Notes: generated by a model from the letters alone, not told the origin. Positions 38,712 through 50,825 are shown, counted from the stretch's first letter. The stretch: 64,000 nucleotides of DNA from Syncephalis fuscata S228 (GCA_025786725.1 JAHLTZ010000004.1:682001-746000); one strand, 5' to 3'. Numbers and translations are program-made.

Positions 38712-40619
38712 ATGAATACCCAGTTTATTTTTGTTTTGCTAGCTGTGGTGGCAGCGGCCGTTGGCTTACCAGCAGAGCGTATTAACATTGACAATATCCG
38801 CGCTGGGCCGCTATCAAACTACGAAATGGAGATCATGCCGGGGACGTCATTAAAGCGTACTGCTCATTTTGGGCCGGTCGAAGATCCAGTACAAGTGGCA
38901 AGAAGCTTTGCAGAAAAAACGCTCAAAATTATACCGGGCAGCTACAAGGTCAAGGATGTGTACAAGACAACCAGAAACGGAATTACCCATGTATTTCTCA
39001 AGCAAGTAGAACACGGCGTTGAAATAGTTAATGCCGATTGCGCTATTCACGTCAGTTCAGGTGGCGATATAGTAGCCCACAGTGATACCTTTTATCATAA
39101 CAAGGATGTCACGAAGCAAAAGCTGTGGAATGGCCATCTTTCAAAAAGATTTGTACGGCCACGGGATGCTTTCAAGGTATTGGCCGACTATATTGGGAAG
39201 CCTGTGAATATTAAAGAAATCAACGAAGTACCACACACCGATGAGATCAATCATAAATCTCAGTTTCTGTTAAACTTTCCGTCGTTCTTCTATAACAAAG
39301 TAATTGCCCAGCAGTCTTATGTTCATACCAAAGGTGGAGAGCTTGAGTCGACCTGGGAGTTTTTTGTGGATCTCAATGAGAACTATTTCAATGTCCATGT
39401 TTCTGCAGATGGACAGCAAGTACTTTCATTAAATGACTGGACATCCGCCGCTTCATATAATGTTATCCGGATGGGAGACAACGATTTAGGGACCAGCCAA
39501 CGTACCACCGTTGATAAACCTGAGAACGTTAACGCATCACCTAATGGCTGGCATAACTATGGAGGAAATCCAACCAATACAACGTGGGGCAACAATGTCA
39601 ATGCCAAAGCACAAGAAAAAAATAGCGGTGTTCCTACTGTGCAGCCAGAATCCAAAGAGCTTATATTCGACTATTCAATCGATTTAACTAAAGATCCTAG
39701 TGAATACAAAGCAGCAGCAGTTGTCAATCTGTTTTACGTCACTAATATCATGCACGATGTTTTCTATCAGTACGGATTTGACGAACAAGCAGGCAACTTT
39801 CAGAAAGACAATTTTGGCAAGGGTGGTCTAGGAAATGATGAAGTGGACGCCAGTGCGCAGGATCCGCTTTCTTTGAATAACGCATATTTCCATGCGCCGC
39901 CCGATGGCCAGCAGCCTCGTATGAAGATGTACTTGTGGACTGGTTATACACCAAAACGTGATGGTGATTTTGTCAATGACATTATTGTTCATGAATACTC
40001 GCATGGTATTTCCAGTCGTCTCACTGGAGGTCCATCCAATGCCAACTGTCTTTCAGATCGCGAATCTCTTGGAATGAGCGAAGGTTGGGGCGATTTCTTC
40101 AGCGTCTTTTTGCGATTGAAAGCGACCGACAAAAGCGATAAGAGTATGATGATAGGTGAATACGTTCAGGAAAATGGAATACGCGTTTATCCATATTCTA
40201 CCAACAAAAAAACAAATCCTACAAGTTACGGCCTAGTTTATACGTTTAATTGGCGCGAATGGCATAAAATTGGAGAGATTTGGGCCAATATTCTTTATGA
40301 AATGTACTGGGGATTTGTGGAAAAGTTAGGCTTTGAAGAAAACAAATACTCGGCAAATCGCAACAAGGGCAATACACTTGCCGTGCAATTAGTAGTGGAT
40401 GCCATGAAGCTACAGCCGTGCAATCCCACCTTTATATCCGGGCGTGATGCTATCCTTCAAGCGGAAAAAGTAATTACAGGCGGCCAATATAAGTGCATTA
40501 TATGGACTGCTTTTGCCAAACGCGGTGTTGGCTTCAATGCAACTACAGATGGCGTTGGCAAAGTAGCTGAGGATACATCTTTGCCACGTGACTGTAAAAA
40601 GGACGACATTTTTAGTTAG
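38712..40619 (+). CDS. Fungalysin metallopeptidase (M36), secreted, intronless
   Basis: Signal peptide, FTP propeptide (THVFLKQ), ASPNGWH, YGFDEQAGNFQ, HEYSHG, GMSEGWGD, MKLQPCNPTF, AFAKRG. Confidence 0.97.
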   Translation: MNTQFIFVLLAVVAAAVGLPAERINIDNIRAGPLSNYEMEIMPGTSLKRTAHFGPVEDPVQVARSFAEKTLKIIPGSYKVKDVYKTTRNGITHVFLKQVEHGVEIVNADCAIHVSSGGDIVAHSDTFYHNKDVTKQKLWNGHLSKRFVRPRDAFKVLADYIGKPVNIKEINEVPHTDEINHKSQFLLNFPSFFYNKVIAQQSYVHTKGGELESTWEFFVDLNENYFNVHVSADGQQVLSLNDWTSAASYNVIRMGDNDLGTSQRTTVDKPENVNASPNGWHNYGGNPTNTTWGNNVNAKAQEKNSGVPTVQPESKELIFDYSIDLTKDPSEYKAAAVVNLFYVTNIMHDVFYQYGFDEQAGNFQKDNFGKGGLGNDEVDASAQDPLSLNNAYFHAPPDGQQPRMKMYLWTGYTPKRDGDFVNDIIVHEYSHGISSRLTGGPSNANCLSDRESLGMSEGWGDFFSVFLRLKATDKSDKSMMIGEYVQENGIRVYPYSTNKKTNPTSYGLVYTFNWREWHKIGEIWANILYEMYWGFVEKLGFEENKYSANRNKGNTLAVQLVVDAMKLQPCNPTFISGRDAILQAEKVITGGQYKCIIWTAFAKRGVGFNATTDGVGKVAEDTSLPRDCKKDDIFS

Positions 40620-40984
40620 TAAATTAATAACAATTTAATGCTTTTGGCTATTACAAGTAATAAACTGCCTTGTATAACAGTATATAAAACTAAGTAATGT
40701 TGTTTATATACAATTTATTAACAATACATACGTATTTTTCTAAGAATGAGCCAAAATAGTGTTACTATTTGCTGAATTACCTAAGTAAACGGTTTTAAAT
40801 TAAAAATTGGGAGTTGCTGTACTTTGACTCTTACATTTTTATTTATCCATTTCGCCCCTCAACACTTTTAAATACCATTAAACATTCACTCATTACTATA
40901 GCATGTATAATATTACATTCAACACTAATCAATTCATATGTAATTATCAATACAATAATGTAATTAAATATGCACATTACGGTA

Positions 40985-41320
40985 TTAGTTGAAGTTAAAA
41001 TAACATTTGATAAAAGATTTTACACCGAATTACTAAACATCTTTGTCGAAATGGTTTACAATTATAAAAAGAATAAATAATTGCAATTATTAAATATGAT
41101 TATTATAATATGCAAATGTGGTTCAAGTAAACAGAAACGAGATAGAAAAGAAATAGATTATATAACAGTTTGGTGTGCAGTATGACAAACAGGTAACAGA
41201 AGTAATGTGGAACAACATGGAATCGCGATTATATGGCTTCTATTAATATCCTATTAATCTTTCTACACTTGGCCAACAGCAACAATAATCGGCCTTAAAT
41301 ATTCCAAAGAAATCAAATAG
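40985..41320 (+). pseudogene. Second decayed Fanzor (TnpB-family) C-terminal fragment
   Basis: 41206-41310 translates CGTTWNRDYMASINILLIFLHLANSNNNRP*IFQR (RuvC-III WNRD..AS.NI and terminal RP..F.R). Upstream eroded ITKHLCR...IIAIIKYDYYNMQMWFK resembles the IDEYYTSQxCxKC region. Confidence 0.8.
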
Positions 41321-41390
41321 TATGTTACATTGTTTATTAAATCAATTTATTGACAATATTTTAATAAAAGTAATATAACTATGTTGTGCA

Positions 41391-41545
41391 TCATAACGGT
41401 ATGACTCTGATTGGAATGAATTGTGCTTTGGGGACAGGTGTGGGATTTAAAGTACAATAGCTCGTTAATTTGGGATGGTGATGCCAGACCATCTCAAACC
41501 AGTACAATCACCACAGAGAACGCGGGTTTGTCTTAGTGAGACTTT
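41391..41545 (+). ncRNA. Candidate Fanzor omega-RNA scaffold (multi-stem structured RNA)
   Basis: Stems: TCATA/TATGA (41391-41404); CTCTG..ATTG/CAAT..CAGAG closing stem; ATTGTGCTTT/AAAGTACAAT (41420-41458); TTTGGGATGGT/ACCATCTCAAA (41469-41498); GTCT/AGAC. The mismatches are G:U on the + strand. Confidence 0.65.
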
Positions 41546-41720
41546 TTAGATATTAAATGTAAGTTTTATTTAAATGTTTAATATTATTATTAATACAATG
41601 TTTCTTTACATTCTATTCTATGGAAATGATAATGCTATTACATTTATTAATATTTATTGTAAATGATCATTTAAACACAAATTAATCCAATCAAACCGGC
41701 AACTATTTAAATCGTTAAAA

Positions 41721-42830
41721 TTGATTGCCAGAAAGCAAAATACTGGACTAGTGAAATTGCACTGGTCAATATTAAGCATTTAATGGTTGCTCATATAATT
41801 CTTGTAATGATACTATTAAATCTATTAATAAATATATTACAAATTATGTTGCTGCATCCTCAATTGTAAAATCAAAGATATACAAATAAAAATATCAAGT
41901 ACATATTTAATTATTTAATATACACTAACAATTGTAATAACTTAATAGGTGCTATCGTTTTTTATTACAAAGCTTGATTTGCTTTTGATTCAATAAAAAA
42001 AGCATTGCTATAACACCAATAATCAATGATGTAACGTTGACCAAGTAACCAAAGGAGAAAAAGAAATAAAATTAGTAGCTTAGTCAAATGTTTTAATTTC
42101 AATTAATAAAGAATAACATCAGTATCAAATGCCTTTAACTTATAAAAATAGCTCAGATTAGCATATTTATAGCAAAAGTTGTAATTGTATAGACTCTGAT
42201 ATAAACTAAAACAAATTGGATTATAAAAAGCATCTTTATTATTATTTGAGTAACAGTATTGTGTATTTATAATACTGTTGAATAATAAAAGCTACAAAGC
42301 TAAAACCCCTGATGGAAAAAAGCTAACTACAATGGCATGCAGCGATTTTAATTTAAAACTTTGTTTATTTACGTAATCTAGTCAATTGTAGCAATATTAA
42401 CGGCAACACCAAATGTGTTTTATTTGTTAAAATACTTCCAATAATGTATTTGTAGTGAATGCAATTCAAAAAATATAGCACAAAAATATGCTTTGTAAAG
42501 ATTGATACTAATAATGTTAAAGCAAACGTTTTTATTGAAAAACAAATACAAACTACTAATAAAACAGTTATCAAGAAAAAAACGTGCCATTAAAGAATGC
42601 TTAATTTGTGGTGAACGCCATTGAAACAAAGTATGGGGCAAATAAAAATGATTTTATTTATTTAATAAATTTAATAAGTTTAAAAGGAATTTATTATGGC
42701 AAAATTTAAAACAACGTATTTTTCTAAATAAAATTTAAAAAACAGTGTATTTATCTTATATGTATCAAATTTTTTAAAAGTGCATTTTTGCAATTAAAAT
42801 TAAAAAACGGTGTATTTTCAAAAATTTTCT
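41721..42830 (+). mobile_element. Decayed, internally deleted Mutator-like element, copy 1 (5'-truncated, intact 3' TIR)
   Basis: 41721-42760 is the inverted repeat of 45762-46800. Zinc-knuckle remnant KECLICGERH*NKVW. Terminal repeats AAAAACGGTGTATTTTCAAAAATTTTC. Confidence 0.7.
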
Positions 42831-43252
42831 TTGTTATATGATATAACTTTATACTTCAATATATGGTGATGTTTAGAATGATGCGCTTCAAAGGGTAGAG
42901 CTATTAATTACTTGTTGATATGTAGGCCTCAAATAACTATTTTTGATTAACAATCTCGTGTTTGTAAAATAGGCCGAGTTTCCGAAAAGCAAGTATTTAT
43001 ATGTGCCTCCTTAATCGTTACAGTCAACAAAATTTCTGAATGGCCCAGGCACCAGTCTCACGTGTGTAACACTCATATATAACCACATGATAAGTTTCCT
43101 TGACTGACTTGTCCATCAACCCCTTTATAAACAATATTCCTGGTCGCTTCCCACGTATTTTCTTTGTTAGGTTTCAACTTATCAGTTATTCGTACAAGTT
43201 TTTGTTAGTTTTTAGGCAATCATACTTTTTAATATAAATTAATTTTTAAAAT

Positions 43253-45601
43253 ATGACCGGTGACAATAAGGTTATGAATGAATTTACAGCAATGGAAGGG
43301 TCGACTTTTACCGAAGTCAAGCCAAGTCATTCAGACAGTAAAGATATTATAAACACGAGTCAAGACACAGTTTCAATCGGCTCTGATGAATTTACTGTCA
43401 ATAATAGCAGCGATGATATCAGCAATACGTGCAGTGGCGATAGTCGTGTGCTTCACCAGCAAGAAGGTGTGAATAGCTGGTGGAAAGGTGGAGGTAGTCG
43501 TTATTTGGCTGGCACGCTGCAGCTGGCACGGGAAACGATGTCAACGTACGATAAAACCAGCAAACGAACAGCAGCGTTTTTAATTTGGTCGCATTGTACA
43601 AGCCCAACCGATACTAAATCAATTTCACGCTCGAGTACTTTACGGCTGCGACGGGCCTTAACAATGAAGAAGAAATCAAAAGGTATTTATTAATTATTTA
43701 AATTTGATTAATTATTTGACACATATTATTTTTACGCTATTAGATAATCGAGTAATTCGGGTGCCGTTAGAAAGATGCTATGCCGTTCATCGTACATCGT
43801 TGTCGATTCTATCGGAGGGGTATCAAGGATCATCGGTTGTCGATGGTGGTGGCAGCAATTTATTTTCAGCCTTGGCAGCTCTTAAGCATATTGCACCAAT
43901 CGAAGGATTGAACGATGCTGATCAATTTGCAGAGAAGCTCAAAATAACAACTCGGCAACTTGAGGCGGAAAGGGAGAATAGATCCGAGGAAGCAAAGAGT
44001 GGACAATATTTGGTTACAGTATTCGGTGTAGAACAAACTGGATTGAAATCACGTCTTAGAGCATGGACATTTGCATTTTTTAGTGATGTTATGGCCGATG
44101 CTTGGACAATGTGGCTGCGACAAGAGATTTACGGGCCAAAAGGTAAGCAAATAAATAATCTAGTATTCTATTTTTATTGATATAGTTTATTAATCTTCTT
44201 GATCTAGGCTTACCACCTCGATCACATATATTGGCGATTCTTAATCCATTCGGCGGTACACGTAGTGCTAAACATATTTACCAACAAATAGTTGAGCCTA
44301 TGATGAAACTGTCTGGCGTTAATGTTACATTACTTGGTAAGTGAATAATAGAATAGAACAATTAACACTAGAACTGTCGATGCTAATGCTGACCATTATA
44401 GAAACGAAGCGGGCTAAACACGCAACTGAGTTTGTACGGGAATTAGATTTGAGTCAATATGATGGATTAGTATCTGTTAGTGGTGATGGGCTGTATCATG
44501 AGATTGTGGTAAGTTACAGCAATACAAATTGTGATGACAAAATTGTGACAGCTTTTTATTAGAATGGATTATTATCACGAGAAGATTGGAAAAAGGCATG
44601 TCAGTTTCCTATTGGTATTATTCCAGCCGGTATGTACTTCCCAATATAAATTATGCACATATTAACATTATTGGACTCGATTGATATAGGATCTGGAAAT
44701 GCTATGGCAGTTTCAGTCGATCAACCTACACCGGAACTTGCCACTACATCGGCCATCTGTGGTAAGTTTATTTAGCATTTCTATTTTATTGCGATTCTAA
44801 TTGTATGTTATACTAGGACAAGTACGTCCTATGGATATTATGGCAATTACATCACTGGAGCGCCAAGAGGTCTTTTATGCTCATGAAATGGTTACATGGT
44901 CGCTAGTAGCCGACATTGACATTGAAGCGGATCGTTTCCGATGGGCCGGTCCAGTTCGATTTACAATGTCGGGTTTATGGCGTATTATTAGCCTTCGACG
45001 ATACAAAGCACGTATACACTATCTATTAGACGAAAAAGACCCATCAGCCAGTAAACTATCCAAGTCTGTGGAAAAAGTTGAAGAAGAAAAAGATCCACAA
45101 GTACTTGATGCTAGTGTACCCAGCTCACGACACGGTCCTTCGCTTAAGTATACACAATTCTGTCAAGGACAAACAGATCCATCCTCATTAGCGCTACCCA
45201 AGCATTGGCAGTCTTACGAGGGACCAATTGCCCACTTTATAGCAAGTTCTTTGCCATGGATCAGTGCCGATGCCTATGTTGCTCCGACAGCCGGCATTAG
45301 TTCAGGCCATATTGATCTTATTTGGATGGCCGAGCCAGATCATGGACTACAGCTCATACCGCTTCTAACGGACAATGGCCGAGGCGAGTATTTGAAATCA
45401 CCACATGCCCGATGGCATCAAGTGCGCGCCATGATTTTAGAGCCGTTGGGACGAGTGCGTGACGCCAACCTACGAGGTATTATGGATGTTGATGGTGAAG
45501 TCGTGCCTTGTGAAGCATTGGCCGTTGAATGTCTACCAGGACTGGCTCGTATGATGGTGCCTAACTGGCTAGATGAAGCTCAAGTAGCGCGCCGAGTGTA
45601 A
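43253..45601 (+). CDS. Sphingoid long-chain base kinase (sphingosine kinase, LCB4/5-like)
   Basis: ILNPFGG, ETKRAKHA, VSVSGDGLYHEIVNG, IIPAGSGNAMA, ADIDIEADRFRW, MDVDGE across 6 exons. Confidence 0.93.
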
Positions 45602-45761
45602 ATAACTAATCATTATCTTACCAATCTTTTCTTTATAATTACACTATTTTTTTAGTAAACAAAACAATTTAATCTAAATGTACTTGAATGGCAATAGCGT
45701 GCAGTTATTATTAAAATGCTTTATTTATCATCATTTATATGGTATTAGCTTATTTTATTTT

Positions 45762-47098
45762 TATAAGATAAATACACTGTTTTTAAATTTTATTTAGAAA
45801 AATACGTTGTTTTAAATTTTGCCATAATAAATTCCTTTTAAACTTATTAAATTTATTAAATAAATAAAATCATTTTTATTTGCCCCATACTTTGTTTCAA
45901 TGGCGTTCACCACAAATTAAGCATTCTTTAATGGCACGTTTTTTTCTTGATAACTGTTTTATTAGTAGTTTGTATTTGTTTTTCAATAAAAACGTTTGCT
46001 TTAACATTATTAGTATCAATCTTTACAAAGCATATTTTTGTGCTATATTTTTTGAATTGCATTCACTACAAATACATTATTGGAAGTATTTTAACAAATA
46101 AAACACATTTGGTGTTGCCGTTAATATTGCTACAATTGACTAGATTACGTAAATAAACAAAGTTTTAAATTAAAATCGCTGCATGCCATTGTAGTTAGCT
46201 TTTTTCCATCAGGGGTTTTAGCTTTGTAGCTTTTATTATTCAACAGTATTATAAATACACAATACTGTTACTCAAATAATAATAAAGATGCTTTTTATAA
46301 TCCAATTTGTTTTAGTTTATATCAGAGTCTATACAATTACAACTTTTGCTATAAATATGCTAATCTGAGCTATTTTTATAAGTTAAAGGCATTTGATACT
46401 GATGTTATTCTTTATTAATTGAAATTAAAACATTTGACTAAGCTACTAATTTTATTTCTTTTTCTCCTTTGGTTACTTGGTCAACGTTACATCATTGATT
46501 ATTGGTGTTATAGCAATGCTTTTTTTATTGAATCAAAAGCAAATCAAGCTTTGTAATAAAAAACGATAGCACCTATTAAGTTATTACAATTGTTAGTGTA
46601 TATGAAATAATTAAATATGTACTTGATATTTTTATTTGTATATCTTTGATTTTACAATTGAGGATGCAGCAACATAATTTGTAATATATTTATTAATAGA
46701 TTTAATAGTATCATTACAAGAATTATATGAGCAACCATTAAATGCTTAATATTGACCAGTGCAATTTCACTAGTCCAGTATTTTGCTTTCTGGCAATCAA
46801 AACAAACTGACATCTGCTGTTGGAATGGTCTTCATGAGGACAAATAAGCTGTAATCTTGTTGAATCACTATTTTTTTCTTTAAAAATTACAATTGCTAAT
46901 AAGCTTAAGCTTACCAAAAGCGGTCCTCAGCTTTTTAATACTGTTAAATATAGCTTTTAAATGGTTTGGTAGACATTTGGTAGATTTTTCAAAACAGTGT
47001 ATTTTAATAAATAAAATAAAAAACGGTGTATTTATTTATAAAAAGAAAAAAAAAGAAAAACTTAAAATTAAAAGCGGTGTATTTTTCAAAATCTGCCC
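45762..47098 (-). mobile_element. Decayed Mutator-like element, copy 2 (intact 5' TIR, 3' TIR clipped by ~70 bp)
   Basis: TIR GGGCAGATTTTGAAAAATACACCGCTTTTAATTTTAA at 47098. MuDR-type DNA-binding domain remnant NSDSTRLQLICPHEDHSNSRCQFVLIARK...H at ~46740-46890. Confidence 0.7.
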
Positions 47099-47283
47099 TT
47101 ATTATATCGTATATTTACTAATAAATATTACAGTAATTAATATAACTGTCTATTAATAATTATTATACTGTTTTATTTGGTGTCGTCGTTTCAACTTAAT
47201 CAGTCGTACAAGACTTATGATCGGCAATTTATTACCGATTTAATTCTTTAGCTATATTTTTACAACTATTACTTCAAACTGCA

Positions 47284-48470
47284 ATGAGCGAGCCTGAACC
47301 CAGTAAACCAAGCGGCGCGTCTTTTGAACCTGCCGCAGATACTCTACCAGCTCAAGATAATGATGTTGTACCATGTTTACGTGACTTACTTCCGTTACCT
47401 GGAAAGTTGCCCTTGCCACAACGCTATCGCCACGTACCTACTCGACTTGCCTGGCCCGTTATCGATGCACATGTTCACGTCTTTCCAGACAAACTAATGG
47501 ATGCAGTGCAAAAGTATGTTATTTGTTTAATAGCCGATAATACAGTATAGTTACACATTGATTGCTAGATTCTTCCATGAACATTATTGGCCTGTAGCTT
47601 ATCGAGAACGTGATGTAGGCTTTCTACTAGATCATGGCTTACAACATCTTGTTCTATTGCAATACTCTCACAAACCAAGTAATTTATTAAAGCAACTGTG
47701 TAAATACTCATTAACGCAACTATATAGATATGTCAGATGAATTAAATAAAGGTATGGTTCAATTGGTAAAAGAGATTAATGAGCGATATCACGCATGTCG
47801 AGTCACTGGATTGGCCACTGTATTTCCTGGTGAACCAGATCAAGTAGCCATTCTAGAACGAGCATTTGACGCTGGCCTACGCGGTGTTAAGCTACACTCA
47901 CACGTCCAACGTGTTGCTGCCGATGATCCTGTACTCAATGATGTTTATCGATTGTGTGCTCAGCGTGGCCTACCCATTTTATTCCATACAGGCCGTGAAC
48001 CAAATAGTCGTGGACTGAATATGGATACAACAACCGTATGCGATGTCACACGTATTCAACGGGTCCTCGAACGACATCCTCGCCTAAAGCTAGTTATACC
48101 TCATATGGGCAATAATGAGACGCGCGAATATATAGCATTACTAGATCAGTATCCCAATCTATATCTTGATACAACATTGGGTGTGAGTGATTTCTTTCCT
48201 TCTTCATTGCCTGGCGGTTACGATACGGCAATGCTGCGCAATTGGCTTATCAATTATGCCGATCGTATTCTTTATGGTACGGACTGGCCCAATATACCTC
48301 ATGAATGGTGCACTGAATTATGGGCTTTACTTGACATGGATCTACCCGATACTATTCTACGCAAGATACTCGGCGGCAATGCCATGCGTGTCTATGGTAT
48401 CGAACCGTTATCGGATAAAGATGTAGTAGGCATACCGCCATTACGACCAGATATAAACAACACATTATAA
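47284..48470 (+). CDS. Amidohydrolase_2 family metal-dependent hydrolase
   Basis: IDAHVHVFP, GVKLHSHVQ, ILFHTG, VIPHMG, NLYLDT, RILYGTDWPNIP. Introns ~47514-47569 and ~47679-47728. Confidence 0.9.
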
Positions 48471-48684
48471 TAAACATCATGTGACACAATTTGATTTACT
48501 TCATATCTTTTCATTTCTTATTTCTCGTTTATTGCTATTACTCTTATTCCTTAGCAGCCGCCGCTACGCTCGTGTGTTGGCATATTAAAGGTAATTGGAA
48601 CGAATGGAGACTACGAATGAATAAGCAAATAGCTGACTGTTAAACTGTATTTGGTCCAAAGCATTCGCTATTTTCATTGCCAAT

Positions 48685-49534
48685 ATGATGTCTGGTGTAG
48701 TAACCGGTCTAGATGCAGATTTGCGCGAGCGTTTAGCCGCCAAATTTGACCCTGAGCGAGAGCGTGAAGCACGCGATTGGATCGCCCATGTTATTGAAGA
48801 GCCATTGCCGGAAGATGAATCATTGATGAAAACGCTTCACGACGGTGTTATTCTATGCAAGTAAGTGAAGCAAATTTCCAAATTAGCTAATATATAATAG
48901 TAATAATAATAACTGTTGTTATGTAGATTAATGTTACGTTTGCGACCAGACACACTAAAGTATCGTAGTAGTAAAATGCCATTTATACAGGTATGGTTAT
49001 GATGTATAATAGCGTGTATATTTTAATTAAATATGTTTAGATGGAAAATATCAACAAATTTTTAGATGGTGCTCGTGAGTTAGGATGTCCTGCAGCTGAT
49101 CTATTTCAAACAGTGGATCTCTATGAAGAGAAAAATCCACCTCAGGTAAATATTAATATCAATTAGATAGTAACAGTATAATTGTTATAACCATTATAAT
49201 AGGTCATTGATGCTATCTATTCTGTATCTCGTCATGCTGCTAAAGCTGGCTGTGATGTTCCTATTCTTGGACCACGTCTTTCTGATCGTCATGTAAGTCT
49301 ATTAGAATTACTGTTATTATAGCGATGCGAGTGCTATTGTATATTATTTACTAATAATTGATATTTAACTACTTATAGGTGGTTGAATTTACTGAGGAAC
49401 AGCTTAATGCGGGCAAAAGTATCGTCAATCCTTTTCAATATGGCTCACACACCGAGGCGAGTCAGTCCGGTATGAGTTTTGGTAAACGCCGTGAAATCAG
49501 CGGGCAATACGCGGATGGTTCTATTCGTATGTGA
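48685..49534 (+). CDS. Calponin/transgelin (Scp1-like) actin-binding protein
   Basis: EREREARDWI, LHDGVILCKL, MPFIQMENINKFL, DLFQTVDLYEEKN, calponin repeat QYGSHTEASQSGMSFG. Not in the ORF track because of short exons. Confidence 0.93.
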
Positions 49535-49668
49535 TTTAGAATAATAATAGTTACAACAATAAAAACAAAGTTACATTATTTAATGTGCTGATTAAATAAT
49601 TAAATAATTAAATAATGAGATTTGAAAACTAACTCTTATTTGCCTTTATTTGCTTGTCTCTTCTTGTA

Positions 49669-50656
49669 ATGTCGTTAAAACGCCTGGCTAATGTTTGGCG
49701 TTCTGCACGCTTACCCTGGCGCAAGGAGGCGCTCAAAGGAGTAGATCAGAACGGAAATGAATATTATGAATCATTCGCACGACGCGAAAGTAAGAGAATA
49801 CTAGTTACAACAGGCCAATGGTTTACAGAATGCAATAGATACAGGACGTACTCGTCGTTGGGTTAAAACACCCGAGAACCGCGAAGAGCTATTTGAAGAG
49901 AAACAAGTGCCAGGTACTGACGGCTATTGACAAGTGGACACGTCTAATCTACTTATTTTATAGTTCAATGGCAATCTTGGCTACGTCATCGACGACCTGT
50001 ACCGCCTACACCAGAGGAAATTGAACTGGCCAACTTGCGACGTATGGAGATCGTTAGACGGGCCCATGAAATTGATCGCCAATGGGAGCAGGTAAGACAT
50101 AATACATTGTATGGAGGTTGCATGAATATTAACAATCTACGATTTATTGCTATATCCAGCGCAAACTAGAACTAAATGAACAAGCACGAAAGCGTATCGA
50201 ACAAGATGTTATCGCATCTAATGGTAAGTGGATTTACAAGGCCATATTAACCTTTGTATCAATGTAAATACCGAATGTATATAAAATTAACTTCAATGTT
50301 CATCCTGCAGATCAACGTGAAAGTGGCACTGTACCAGCTGCAGCTCCCATGTCTCGTCGTGAGGCACGGTTACGGGAACGCCAATGTAAGTAGTTTAATA
50401 GATTAATTTACAGCTGTTCATATTTTTATTATGTTTAGTGCCCGATACTTTTACACATCCATCAGGCCAGGGAGAAACATTTTCGCCAGGCTCATGGACA
50501 CCTCACAGCCCCGATAATAATGCTGGCGACCATAGCAGTAGCAACAGCCACAGCAACAACAATAGGGATAATGATGACCGCCATGGCCGTAACAGCAACA
50601 GTAACACAGGGAATGGCACAGATCCCTTGCCTAACAATAAACAGCATCGTTCGTAA
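49669..50656 (+). CDS. NDUFA12/NDUFAF2 (mimitin) family complex I assembly factor
   Basis: GVDQNGNEYYE, RTRRWV, VPVQWQSWLRHRRPVPPTPEE, GETFSPGSW. Confidence 0.85.
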
Positions 50657-50825
50657 TTGTTTATTTTCTCTATAAAATATTTATTTTTAGGCCCCTTGCC
50701 ATTGTTATTACCTCTGCTTCTTTCTTTCTTCTACTTTTGACATTGGATTGTCTTCGTTGCATTCTCCGCTGGCCACCACTACAACAAGTACCGGCGGACT
50801 TTTAGCATTTGTCGTTCTTGCACTT

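Noticed and set aside
42365-46156. Twin identical 69-aa and 73-aa ORFs at 42365-42641 (-) and 45880-46156 (+)
   Set aside because: By-products of the inverted repeat; non-ATG starts, AT-rich, antisense to the transposase remnant.
42831-47107. 9-bp flanks TTGTTATAT and TTATTATAT as a Mutator target-site duplication
   Set aside because: Given the opposite orientation of the two ends, they are not arranged as a direct duplication; could be target preference or chance in AT-rich DNA.
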